Shown here: piece by piece, positions 42,242-50,211 of the stretch | How the letters are laid out: each line of letters opens with the position of its first letter | How positions within the stretch are numbered: position 1 is the first letter of the stretch | Origin: an uncultured Verrucomicrobiae bacterium | GTDB taxonomy: Bacteria; Verrucomicrobiota; Verrucomicrobiia; Limisphaerales; Palsa-1400 | Assembly: GCA_963764165.1 (NCBI GenBank) | Contig: CAVXRD010000001.1 | Location: 1,649,649 to 1,713,648 of the forward strand | DNA: 64,000 bases | Direction of reading: 5' to 3' | Notes under the pieces: model-generated | Told to the model about the DNA's origin: nothing | The model's database searches: none | Seen by the model: the letters and a program-made list of their open reading frames with translations, nothing else | Made by a program: the position numbers and the translations under genes

Positions 42242-42715
42242 CTAACGCCGGTCCAAGGCAATTTTTCCGGTGCGCGTCAATTCGAGCACGCCAAACGTGT
42301 TCATCAAGCCGAGAAATTTGTCGATCTTGCTTTCGTCGCCGGTGATTTCGATGGTCAGGCTCTTGGGCTGGACGTCGACAATTTTGGCGCGGAAAATATC
42401 CGTCATCTGCATGATTTCCGCCCGCGTCTTGGCGTTGACCTCGACGCGCACCAGCACCAATTCGCGGTCAATGAACTCGGATTCGCGAAAGTCATGCACT
42501 TCCAGGACGTCGACCAGCTTGTTCAACTGCTTGACGATTTGATCCGCCGTCGCGTCGTCGCCGACGCTGACGATGGTCATGCGGGAAGTGTTGGGTTGAT
42601 GAGTCGGAGCCACATTGAGCGTGTCGATGTTGTAGCCGCGGCCGCTGAAAAGGCCGGCCACGCGCGTGAGCACGCCGAACTTGTTTTCCACCAGGACAGA
42701 TATCGTATGTCGCAT
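42242..42715 (-). CDS. ilvN: Acetolactate synthase small (regulatory) subunit
   Basis: MRHTISVLVENKFGVLTRVAGLFSGRGYNI, KQLNKL, RTG. Start at ATG 42715. Confidence 0.96.
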   Translation of the reverse strand: MRHTISVLVENKFGVLTRVAGLFSGRGYNIDTLNVAPTHQPNTSRMTIVSVGDDATADQIVKQLNKLVDVLEVHDFRESEFIDRELVLVRVEVNAKTRAEIMQMTDIFRAKIVDVQPKSLTIEITGDESKIDKFLGLMNTFGVLELTRTGKIALDRR

Positions 42716-42722
42716 ATAGACT

Positions 42723-42786
42723 AAAAATCCCGCTTCCATTTCGGAGAGCGGGCAGCCTGAAAACCGGTAAAATACGTCAGGCTGCG
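42723..42786 (-). promoter_or_regulatory. Attenuator hairpins: upstream stem and terminator with U-tract
   Basis: Minus strand gcagcctga-N16-tcaggctgc, then cccgct-ctccgaaatgga-agcggg-attttt ending 7 nt before the ilvN ATG. Confidence 0.75.
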
Positions 42787-42840
42787 TCAGTCGGTTACGA
42801 CGACTCGCAGAACGTAAATTACAACGGCAATCAATTTCAT
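42787..42840 (-). CDS. Branched-chain amino acid leader peptide MKLIAVVIYVLRVVVTD
   Basis: 17 codons, 10 of them Ile/Leu/Val, directly upstream of the hairpins and ilvN-ilvC. Confidence 0.8.
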   Translation of the reverse strand: MKLIAVVIYVLRVVVTD

Positions 42841-43046
42841 TGGTGGCCAAACTAGCAATCCGCCCGAACGCGGTCAAGATTCAATTTTTGCTGGCGGTGA
42901 AACCAATTGCATCTCGAACGACGGAATGCGGCCTGATAACGCCCAAATGGGTCACCCCTTTTCCAAATAGGCTCGGGTGACATGTCATTCATGCAATCAT
43001 CCTCCCTGATGAATGGCATTATCCCGCTGGAAACTCAAGGTGATTA

Positions 43047-43076
43047 CGCTTGGCCGTCGTTAAAAACGGCCAAGCG
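43047..43076. terminator. Hairpin downstream of the large surface-protein gene
   Basis: cgcttggccgt-cgttaaaa-acggccaagcg, an 11-bp perfect stem. Confidence 0.5.
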
Positions 43077-43121
43077 CAAGCCCAATCGAATTCGCCTGTT
43101 TACCGCCCGTTCGGAATCAAG

Positions 43122-46100
43122 CTAATAGTTAGCGGGGTTGAGAATCATCGAACCGGCGTTGGTTCCAGACAGGAAAAACCCGCCTCCAATGCCGGTGCTC
43201 TGCACGGCGGCGCCGGTGGCGGTGATTTTCTTTTTGGCGGAGTTCGTAAATACGACTGTCAGCAACCCATTGGTGCGGTTAATGGCGCCGCTGGTGAAGT
43301 TTGTTCCAGCAGACACAAGCTTCAATGTATTCAAGGGTGTCAGTTCAACCAAATTGGTGAGGCTGTAATCAAGGCCGCCGCCCTCCAATACCAGCCTCAT
43401 TCCATTCGTGGTGAATGGCGTCACGGCCGCCGCCGAGTTTGTCCAAGCCGAACCCGTCACTTGAAGATCATAAAGGGAGAAACCGTTCGTGAAGTTCGCG
43501 CTGGAGCGGGAGGTTGGTTTGATCCAGTTGAGGGTTCCGGCAAGGTTGCTTCCTTCCGAGGTCAGCCAGCCAGCCACCAATCCCGACTTGCTGTAAAGAC
43601 TGCCGTAAAGTGGCAAACGCCCGGTGCTCGACAGCGGCACCGATTGGCTAAACGACGTCCCGTCGGCCAGTTTCACGCTGAGAACATTGGTTCCGAGATA
43701 ATTGGTCACCAGCAAATAGCCATATCCGGGCGGCGTTCCGTTGTTTGTGCTGGGTCGAATCACGCCCGTGTATTCCGCCGAACCCACTCCTGGCTGACGC
43801 GGCTCGGCGGTCAATTCCGAGGCCCACGTTTCGTTGGAGACGGTGCCGGTAATCGTGGGCGGTGTTGTATCCCAGTCGAACCCGAGCACCATGGTTACTT
43901 TCCCACCGACTTTGGCCGTGCTCTTGAAAACATTGGTGGCCATGCCGCTGGTGTTGAAGTTGCTGCTAATGTGATTGACAGCGCCATCCAGCAAGACGCT
44001 GCCGCTGTAGGCTCCAGAGGGCGTGACGGTCAACGCGCTCAGCATGCCTGTGTTCGTTTCTGCAACGGGGTTGGAGGCGGGCAAGAAAAGGCCATTGTAA
44101 ATCCCTGCTCCTTTGAAGGTATAGGCTGCGGTAACCTTTGCAGTGGCATTGGTTTTTACAAAGACGCTTGCGTTCGTCGGTAAATTCCAATCATCGAAAC
44201 TCGCGAAGGTCAGCGAATGGCTCGTGCCAGCCTGGAGGTTCGTAGCGGTCGCACCGCTCTTTTCCGTCGCCCCGGAGTCGATCTGCCACGTCGCCGTTTC
44301 AGCGAGCACTGCCGGCGTGATGGTCACTTCCACCGACCCGATCGGCGAATAAGCGCCCGTTGCGATATTCGTGCCGAGACTTACCGGCACCGTTTGACTC
44401 TGCGGCGTTACCCACCCCTTGATGGTATTGAAGCTGACGACGTGGCTGCCAGCTTCCAAACCTGTAACGGTGGCTCCGCTGCTTTTGTAGGCGCCGTCAT
44501 CCACCTTCCATTTCGCCCCGGCCGAGACAGCCGCTGGCGGGCTGATGGTCACTTTCAATGCGGTGACTTCCACCTTGTAGGTGCCGGTAGCGGTCTCTGT
44601 TTTTTTTGCTTTGACGCTCACCGTCTGGCTCGCTGGCGTGGTCCAGCCATAGATGTTGCTGAAGGTCACGGTATAACTGCCAGCAGCCAAGCCGGAAACT
44701 GTCGTGCCGCTGGGCTGCCAAGCTCCCCCGTCCACAGCCCATTGAGCGCCAGCCGTGACCACGCTGGCGGGCTCAATCGTTACCTTTATCCCGCCTGTCG
44801 AAGTGCTGGTGCTGGATGCGCTCAGTTCGTAGACTCCACCATTGCCATTGTTTCCTCCGCTCGCTGTGGCTCCATAATAATTGCCGTTTGCGCCCGCCAC
44901 GATCCCCTGCGGACTGCCTCCGGTATCCTTCGTAAGCCAAGCGACGGTGCCCGGGGCGCTCCCGGGTGTAAATGTAAATATGGTTCCCCGGGAATTCGCG
45001 CCGCCCCCAGATGTCACGCCGTAAAATTTGCCGGTTGCTGACGGCGCAAGCGCGCCAACGGGATAATAACCGTCTTGGCCCTTTTGATCGAAAGAATACA
45101 AGGTTGTCAGGGAAAAAACCCCATTTGAGAGACAAAACAGTGTGCCCGAGCCGGAGCCGTTCGCTCCGCCGGACTCAGTAGTTCCATAAAAGTTTCCATC
45201 CGCGCCCTGAGTCAAGCCGTTCGGATAGGCGCCGTCCAAAGAATTGCCGAAGCCATCCTGCGACTGTCCGAAGTCATGCAAGTCGGAAAAGCTCTCACCA
45301 GTTGTTTGAATTCTAAAAATAGTGCCGTCGTAATAGGCCCCGTCATAGGAGGTCACGCCGTACAGATAGCCGTCTTTGCCTTGGATCATTGGGCTTGATG
45401 GGGATCCTCCATCGTAATAATCAAAACTATGCAGAACCGTGAACGCTCTTGAGGCTGGCGAGAAACTGAAAATTGTGCCATAGCTCCCCCCAAAGTATCC
45501 GGGGGTTTTCCCCATCTTCTCGTTTCCATTCCGACGCGTCTCGTCATAACCAAGGTATCCAGATGTAGTCCCATACAGGTTGCCGTCGGTCCCCAGCGTC
45601 AGCGCGGACAGGGGGTCGCTGCCGTCATTGGTTCCTTCTCCGAAATTGTACAACGTGCTATACGAACCTGCCGTGCTGATTCGGAATATTAAGCCTTCCC
45701 CGAAGTTGCCACCGTATTGAGTGGTGCCGTAAAGGTAGCCGTCACTGCCTTGGATGATGGGATTGGGGCCGGACCCGCCTGAATAGTCGTCCTTATCCGA
45801 GCCGAATTGGTAAAGCGTCGTCGTCTTGCCGCTTGGCGTAATTTTAAGGATGCTCCCTTCATAGTAAGAACCGCCATATTCGTCCGTGCAATAAACATTG
45901 CCATCGCTGCCCAGGATCACGCCTGCATTAAAGGCGTTGTTGGAGAACGAAGTCAGCGTGGTCAAATTCAAACCAGGCGTTTCCAGCCAGGCGTTGAATT
46001 CCTTTAGCGCCCTTTTGTCCAGATTCGTCTTAGTCAATCCATTTACAACGCCTCCGAGTGTTGCGTCCGGCCACGAATCCCAGACAAACGAAGATCCTTG

Positions 46101-47045
46101 GAAAGATGGCAGGAGCGATCGCGGACTGCTCGCATCGCTAAAGAATGCCGCCATCGAAACTGAAATGTTGGTTGCGGTTGGCAAGGGTTGCGCGGGACCA
46201 TCGACGGAATTAACCAGGTTGGTCAGTGTCTCGCGAAATTTCAATTCATCCGGCTGTTCGTTCGTGCTCAGGTTGAACAGATACGTCTCGCCCGACGGGC
46301 GGACGTTGCGGATGAAGTCCGAACCCGCGAAATAGAGTGCGGCGGCGCTGGTGAAGGCGGTTTCGGCCAGCGTCTTGTCTTTGGTGGTGGCGTATGTGAG
46401 CGCCTTGGGAAAATTGGTTAACAACGACTCGAAAGTTTTGTCGTTGTGAATAATGTTGGAGACAGACGTGATCGAAGCGTCGAGATTCCAGGAGTAAAGC
46501 GTGTATATGAATAACTCACTGGTGTTGAGCATGGCCCGCATCACTTGCACATCGCCATAATCTATGGTCACGTCGTGAAAATGCGTCACGCTGTCTGGCA
46601 TGAAGAGGGTGAAGTTCGTATCCGTGATTTGGGCCAGATTGGTCTGGGCGGCGATGAGCGACAGAAGGACATTTGTGCGCAACTGCGCCGTGAACTCATC
46701 CGCATTGAGCGAGGAGGGGATGATAATCTTGCGGTTCGAGTTGGTGGGTTCTTCGGCGGTCCAGTCATAGATGTTGCGCCCGGTCTTGTGGAAACCCAGC
46801 CGGGTGAGGAAGTTGCTCCCGGCGGGCTGCGACGGCACTATCAGGATTCGGGTCATCGCCAGGTAGACGTTGGCCGCGGCATTGGTGGGGCTGGCGGCCA
46901 CTGCGGATGCGAAACTTTTGTAGGCGGCGGGCAAATTTGTTTGGGTGAGGTAATTGATGCCCGCGGTAAAAGATGCGTTTTGAGCCTTGGCCAAAGGCGC
47001 TACGAGAAGGAGAACCGATGTTAGAATGGACGATAGATATCTCAT
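43122..47045 (-). CDS. Large secreted protein with GloVer-type tandem repeats, three PEGA-like repeats and a beta-rich C-terminal domain
   Basis: Signal peptide; repeated G.DG.(L/F)YGTT..GG...G.IF; three VTI.P...A.W..D.G units. Start taken at ATG 47045. Confidence 0.82.
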   Translation of the reverse strand: MRYLSSILTSVLLLVAPLAKAQNASFTAGINYLTQTNLPAAYKSFASAVAASPTNAAANVYLAMTRILIVPSQPAGSNFLTRLGFHKTGRNIYDWTAEEPTNSNRKIIIPSSLNADEFTAQLRTNVLLSLIAAQTNLAQITDTNFTLFMPDSVTHFHDVTIDYGDVQVMRAMLNTSELFIYTLYSWNLDASITSVSNIIHNDKTFESLLTNFPKALTYATTKDKTLAETAFTSAAALYFAGSDFIRNVRPSGETYLFNLSTNEQPDELKFRETLTNLVNSVDGPAQPLPTATNISVSMAAFFSDASSPRSLLPSFQGSSFVWDSWPDATLGGVVNGLTKTNLDKRALKEFNAWLETPGLNLTTLTSFSNNAFNAGVILGSDGNVYCTDEYGGSYYEGSILKITPSGKTTTLYQFGSDKDDYSGGSGPNPIIQGSDGYLYGTTQYGGNFGEGLIFRISTAGSYSTLYNFGEGTNDGSDPLSALTLGTDGNLYGTTSGYLGYDETRRNGNEKMGKTPGYFGGSYGTIFSFSPASRAFTVLHSFDYYDGGSPSSPMIQGKDGYLYGVTSYDGAYYDGTIFRIQTTGESFSDLHDFGQSQDGFGNSLDGAYPNGLTQGADGNFYGTTESGGANGSGSGTLFCLSNGVFSLTTLYSFDQKGQDGYYPVGALAPSATGKFYGVTSGGGANSRGTIFTFTPGSAPGTVAWLTKDTGGSPQGIVAGANGNYYGATASGGNNGNGGVYELSASSTSTSTGGIKVTIEPASVVTAGAQWAVDGGAWQPSGTTVSGLAAGSYTVTFSNIYGWTTPASQTVSVKAKKTETATGTYKVEVTALKVTISPPAAVSAGAKWKVDDGAYKSSGATVTGLEAGSHVVSFNTIKGWVTPQSQTVPVSLGTNIATGAYSPIGSVEVTITPAVLAETATWQIDSGATEKSGATATNLQAGTSHSLTFASFDDWNLPTNASVFVKTNATAKVTAAYTFKGAGIYNGLFLPASNPVAETNTGMLSALTVTPSGAYSGSVLLDGAVNHISSNFNTSGMATNVFKSTAKVGGKVTMVLGFDWDTTPPTITGTVSNETWASELTAEPRQPGVGSAEYTGVIRPSTNNGTPPGYGYLLVTNYLGTNVLSVKLADGTSFSQSVPLSSTGRLPLYGSLYSKSGLVAGWLTSEGSNLAGTLNWIKPTSRSSANFTNGFSLYDLQVTGSAWTNSAAAVTPFTTNGMRLVLEGGGLDYSLTNLVELTPLNTLKLVSAGTNFTSGAINRTNGLLTVVFTNSAKKKITATGAAVQSTGIGGGFFLSGTNAGSMILNPANY

Positions 47046-47113
47046 AACAATTATTGACGAGCCTAACTCCGTGAGCGCCAATCTGTAAACTACTTTCTTA
47101 ATAAAGAAAATTG

Positions 47114-47270
47114 AATCTGGAACTCAGGAAATCAGGAAAAGGGGCCGGAATCGTTTTGGGGGCAAGCGCAGGTAACATGAATGGCGATGGATAAATGGCG
47201 GCGCCCTTGAATTATCGATGCCCGTGAAACCAACTTCGGCCTCTTCTCCTGAGTTCGGGAGTTCCAGATT
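47114..47270. repeat. Imperfect inverted repeat element of about 36 bp per arm
   Basis: aatctggaactcaggaaatcaggaaaaggggccg ... cggcctcttctcctgagttcgggagttccagatt; a lone left arm occurs at 32626-32656. Confidence 0.7.
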
Positions 47271-47559
47271 ATTTTATCTTCCCCTTCAAAGTCGACTCTC
47301 CTAAACAACCCTCCACTCCATCTCACAACGATCATCCGCCTCTGCAATGATTTGAAATCCCAAGCGCTGATAAAGCTCAAACGCCCTTTCCCCTTTGCGT
47401 TTCCTCCGCCGCCCGCGATTGACGGCGCTGCAAAATAATGGCGGACGCCTTGCTCAACAACAGCCCGGCCCTTGACGCAGGCGACAATACTGACCTTCCT
47501 GCCAGCGACCAGCGAGGCTTTCCGCGCATCGCCGCCGGCGATGGGAAGAAGATGTCGAT

Positions 47560-47820
47560 TTGGGCGCGGTCGAAGATGGCTTGGTTTTATTGACAGCTCT
47601 GCCGCAAACATACAAGACGATTGCGTTGAATGGATTTGAATTGTCGCTGAGGGGTGAAACGAACCGGGATTACGTCGTTGAATATTCGGCCGGCCTCTCC
47701 ACTTGGAATGTTGCCAGTACGAATTATATTCCGGTCCAGGGATCCACGACTTTTTACGATTCCGGCGCGAAGGATTCTGGCCTGAACCAGCCTCGCCGAG
47801 GCGTCCGGGGTAAGACGTAA
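47560..47820 (+). pseudogene. Orphan fragment resembling the C-terminal domain of the secreted proteins
   Basis: GFELSLRGETNRDYVVEYSAGLSTW...TTFYDS resembles the RFYR-tail domains but has no signal peptide and no RFYR end. Confidence 0.45.
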
Positions 47821-47857
47821 ACCGTGCTTGCGGCCCAGACAGCTAGGCGAGCCGTCC

Positions 47858-48559
47858 CTAATTTTTTTTCTCGGGCAATTCCTCAAGCTGAAGGTTTCGA
47901 TACTGCACCTTCGTATAAGCGCCGCCGTGAATTTGAAGGGCAACGATTCCGTGATGCGGAATGGCTCCGTCGCTCTCCGTGAAATCAACCGTCTTCACGC
48001 CGTTGAGCCAAAGCTGTATATGCCGCCCCTCGGCGCGAATGCGATAGTCATTCCAATCGCCAGGTTTAAGCGCCGCCGCGCGCGTCTCTTTATTCGCCTC
48101 CGCCAGATTTTTGTTGCGGCGGCTTTCGTCATAGAGGTTCCCATCCGTATCCGCGCCCAGGTCGGCTTGGTATCCGGAAACTTCGAAATCATTCGGCACG
48201 CGCCGCGACCAGAACTGGACCCCGCCGTTCACGAATCCATTCGAGCCTTGCACCTTGTATTGGAGCCGCAAATCGAAGTTTCCAAATTCCCGCGTCGTCG
48301 CGAGGAACTCGTTGTGAGGCTGCTTCCGTTCCATCCGGCCGGCCACGATGCAGCCATCCTCCGCCCGCCAGTTGTTGGTGTTGCCTTCCCACCCGTTCAG
48401 CGTCTTTCCATCGAATATCGCAATTTCATCTCCAGCACGTGCGTCAAATGAAAGTGAGAAGGCGACGACGAGAACCCAGAAAATCCAGGCTGTCGATTTT
48501 GTTGTTTGGCGATCCGTTGATGGGCAGCGGCCACGAAGGATAGTTGCTGTCGTTTTCAT
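47858..48559 (-). CDS. DUF1080 (3-keto-disaccharide hydrolase-like) protein
   Basis: IFDGKTLNGW, NGGVQF, GYQAD, WNDYRI, ALQIHG. Confidence 0.88.
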   Translation of the reverse strand: MKTTATILRGRCPSTDRQTTKSTAWIFWVLVVAFSLSFDARAGDEIAIFDGKTLNGWEGNTNNWRAEDGCIVAGRMERKQPHNEFLATTREFGNFDLRLQYKVQGSNGFVNGGVQFWSRRVPNDFEVSGYQADLGADTDGNLYDESRRNKNLAEANKETRAAALKPGDWNDYRIRAEGRHIQLWLNGVKTVDFTESDGAIPHHGIVALQIHGGAYTKVQYRNLQLEELPEKKN

Positions 48560-48640
48560 TTCTGAAACGTTATCCCGATCGCTTTAGCCTGCAAAGGTCT
48601 GTTTATTCAGGTGGGGTTATGCGATCATTGGAAAGCAAAA

Positions 48641-48952
48641 ATGAAAAACGGGACAGTTCAAATTGAAGGCGTTGATTACGAATGGAGCATTTACCGGCAG
48701 CCGCGCTGGACTGGCGATGGCGTGCTATTGGGCTTGGCGATCCTAGTGAAGGCGGTTGATTCCAGAGGGCGCGAATTGGTTTTGGAATTTTCAATGGACT
48801 CGACCCGCCAAGGCGATATGCCCGTGCAGAAGTCTCGCATTTCAAACCGCCGCCTCACCGAATGCATCCTGAATGCGAAGGCTGCTGGATGGGATCCGGA
48901 AACTCGCGGCAAGTATTTTTTCTTTAATGCCGGGCCGCTGGTCCACGCATAG
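48641..48952 (+). CDS. Hypothetical protein
   Basis: 103-aa ORF filling an intergenic gap, ending AAGWDPETRGKYF. Confidence 0.6.
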   Translation: MKNGTVQIEGVDYEWSIYRQPRWTGDGVLLGLAILVKAVDSRGRELVLEFSMDSTRQGDMPVQKSRISNRRLTECILNAKAAGWDPETRGKYFFFNAGPLVHA

Positions 48953-48971
48953 GGCTGACAAAACCCTGAAA

Positions 48972-49067
48972 TTGAACAGGAGGAAAACCAAGAGCGCAGA
49001 GAAAGACAGATTTTGCCCACCGATGTTTTTTTCCCATCTCCGTGCCCTCGGCCTTCCTCCTGTTCAA
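48972..49067. repeat. Inverted repeat element between convergent genes
   Basis: ttgaacaggaggaa ... ttcctcctgttcaa: 14 bp perfect, extended imperfectly. Confidence 0.7.
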
Positions 49068-49071
49068 ATTT

Positions 49072-50196
49072 TTATTGCCGACAAGCTGTGGATTCCGTTT
49101 TCGTTCCCGGCTTTCGCCCCTTGAGAAAATAAGTCTTCAGCTCGCCCTGGTCTTTTACGTAAAACTCCCCTCGATCCTCAAATATATATTTGTCAGCAAG
49201 TTTGGCGTGGGTGGTTTCGTTGACTTGGATGTGGCCGGGCGCGCCATAGGTTTCCATGTGCCATGCAGTGTTGACGGTTTCGCCCCAGACGTCGTAACTG
49301 AATTTGGTCCTGCCGATGATGCCAGCCACGACTGGGCCGGTGTTGATGCCAATGCGAAGGCTGAAGGTTTCGCCATTTGGTGCGTCGAATCGCGCGATTT
49401 CCTGCTGCAGCGCCAACGCGGCCTCGGCTATTGCCTCGGCGTGGTCGGGACGGGGAAGCGGCGCGCCCGCGGCCAGCATGTACGATTCACCGCTGATTTT
49501 GATTTTCTCCAGAGCGAGACTCTCAACGATCACGTCGAAGCTGGAGTAGATTTTATTTAGCAGCGTGATGACATCCGTGGCGGGCATGGCTTCCGTCAGC
49601 CGCGAAAAATCGTGCAGGCCCGCAAAGAGAATCGTCGCTTCAGGAAATGCGTCCGCGATGATTTCTGGAAATCCATCCGGGGCAATGCCGTCCCGCTGCT
49701 TCAATCGTTCAACGATGGAGCGAGGGAGCACATTGAGCAGGAGGCGATCCGCCACTTTTTGCTCCTCGGCGACCTGCTTAAGAAGGTTCTTCGCTTCCAG
49801 ATGCAGAAGGCGGACTTCAAGCATGTTGCGGACGCGCATCAGGACTTCCGCGAGATCGAACGGCTTGCTGACGAAGTCCTTCGCCCCGGCCTCCAGCGCC
49901 CGCAGTTTGTGGCCCGGTTGGGCCGTGACGACGAGGACGGGCAGGTAGCCGCCGGATTCGATTTCCTTCAGCGCTTCCATGACTTGGAATCCGTCCAGCC
50001 CCGGCATTTGCAGGTCGAGCAGAATCAGCGCGTAATGATTTTTGCGGTGAAGCTCGCAAACCTGGGCGGAGAGCGTCGTGGATGTGACGGAGGTGTAACC
50101 AGCGCCGCGGAGCATGCGCTCCAGCAAGAGGATATTGGCATCCTTGTCGTCAACAATAAGGATGGGGGCATTATGAATTTCGGTGAATCCGACCAT
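49072..50196 (-). CDS. Response regulator fused to a class III adenylate/guanylate cyclase-like domain with substituted catalytic residues
   Basis: REC domain (IVDD, LLDLQMP, KPF); cyclase fold LEKIK, LRIGINTGPVVAGIIG, YDVWGETVN. Confidence 0.88.
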   Translation of the reverse strand: MVGFTEIHNAPILIVDDKDANILLLERMLRGAGYTSVTSTTLSAQVCELHRKNHYALILLDLQMPGLDGFQVMEALKEIESGGYLPVLVVTAQPGHKLRALEAGAKDFVSKPFDLAEVLMRVRNMLEVRLLHLEAKNLLKQVAEEQKVADRLLLNVLPRSIVERLKQRDGIAPDGFPEIIADAFPEATILFAGLHDFSRLTEAMPATDVITLLNKIYSSFDVIVESLALEKIKISGESYMLAAGAPLPRPDHAEAIAEAALALQQEIARFDAPNGETFSLRIGINTGPVVAGIIGRTKFSYDVWGETVNTAWHMETYGAPGHIQVNETTHAKLADKYIFEDRGEFYVKDQGELKTYFLKGRKPGTKTESTACRQ

Positions 50197-50211
50197 GGTG
50201 TTCGTTCTCCA

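Noticed and set aside
42716..42877. N-terminal extension of ilvN in the ORF track
   Set aside because: Homology begins at MRHTISV; the region is better explained as an attenuator leader.
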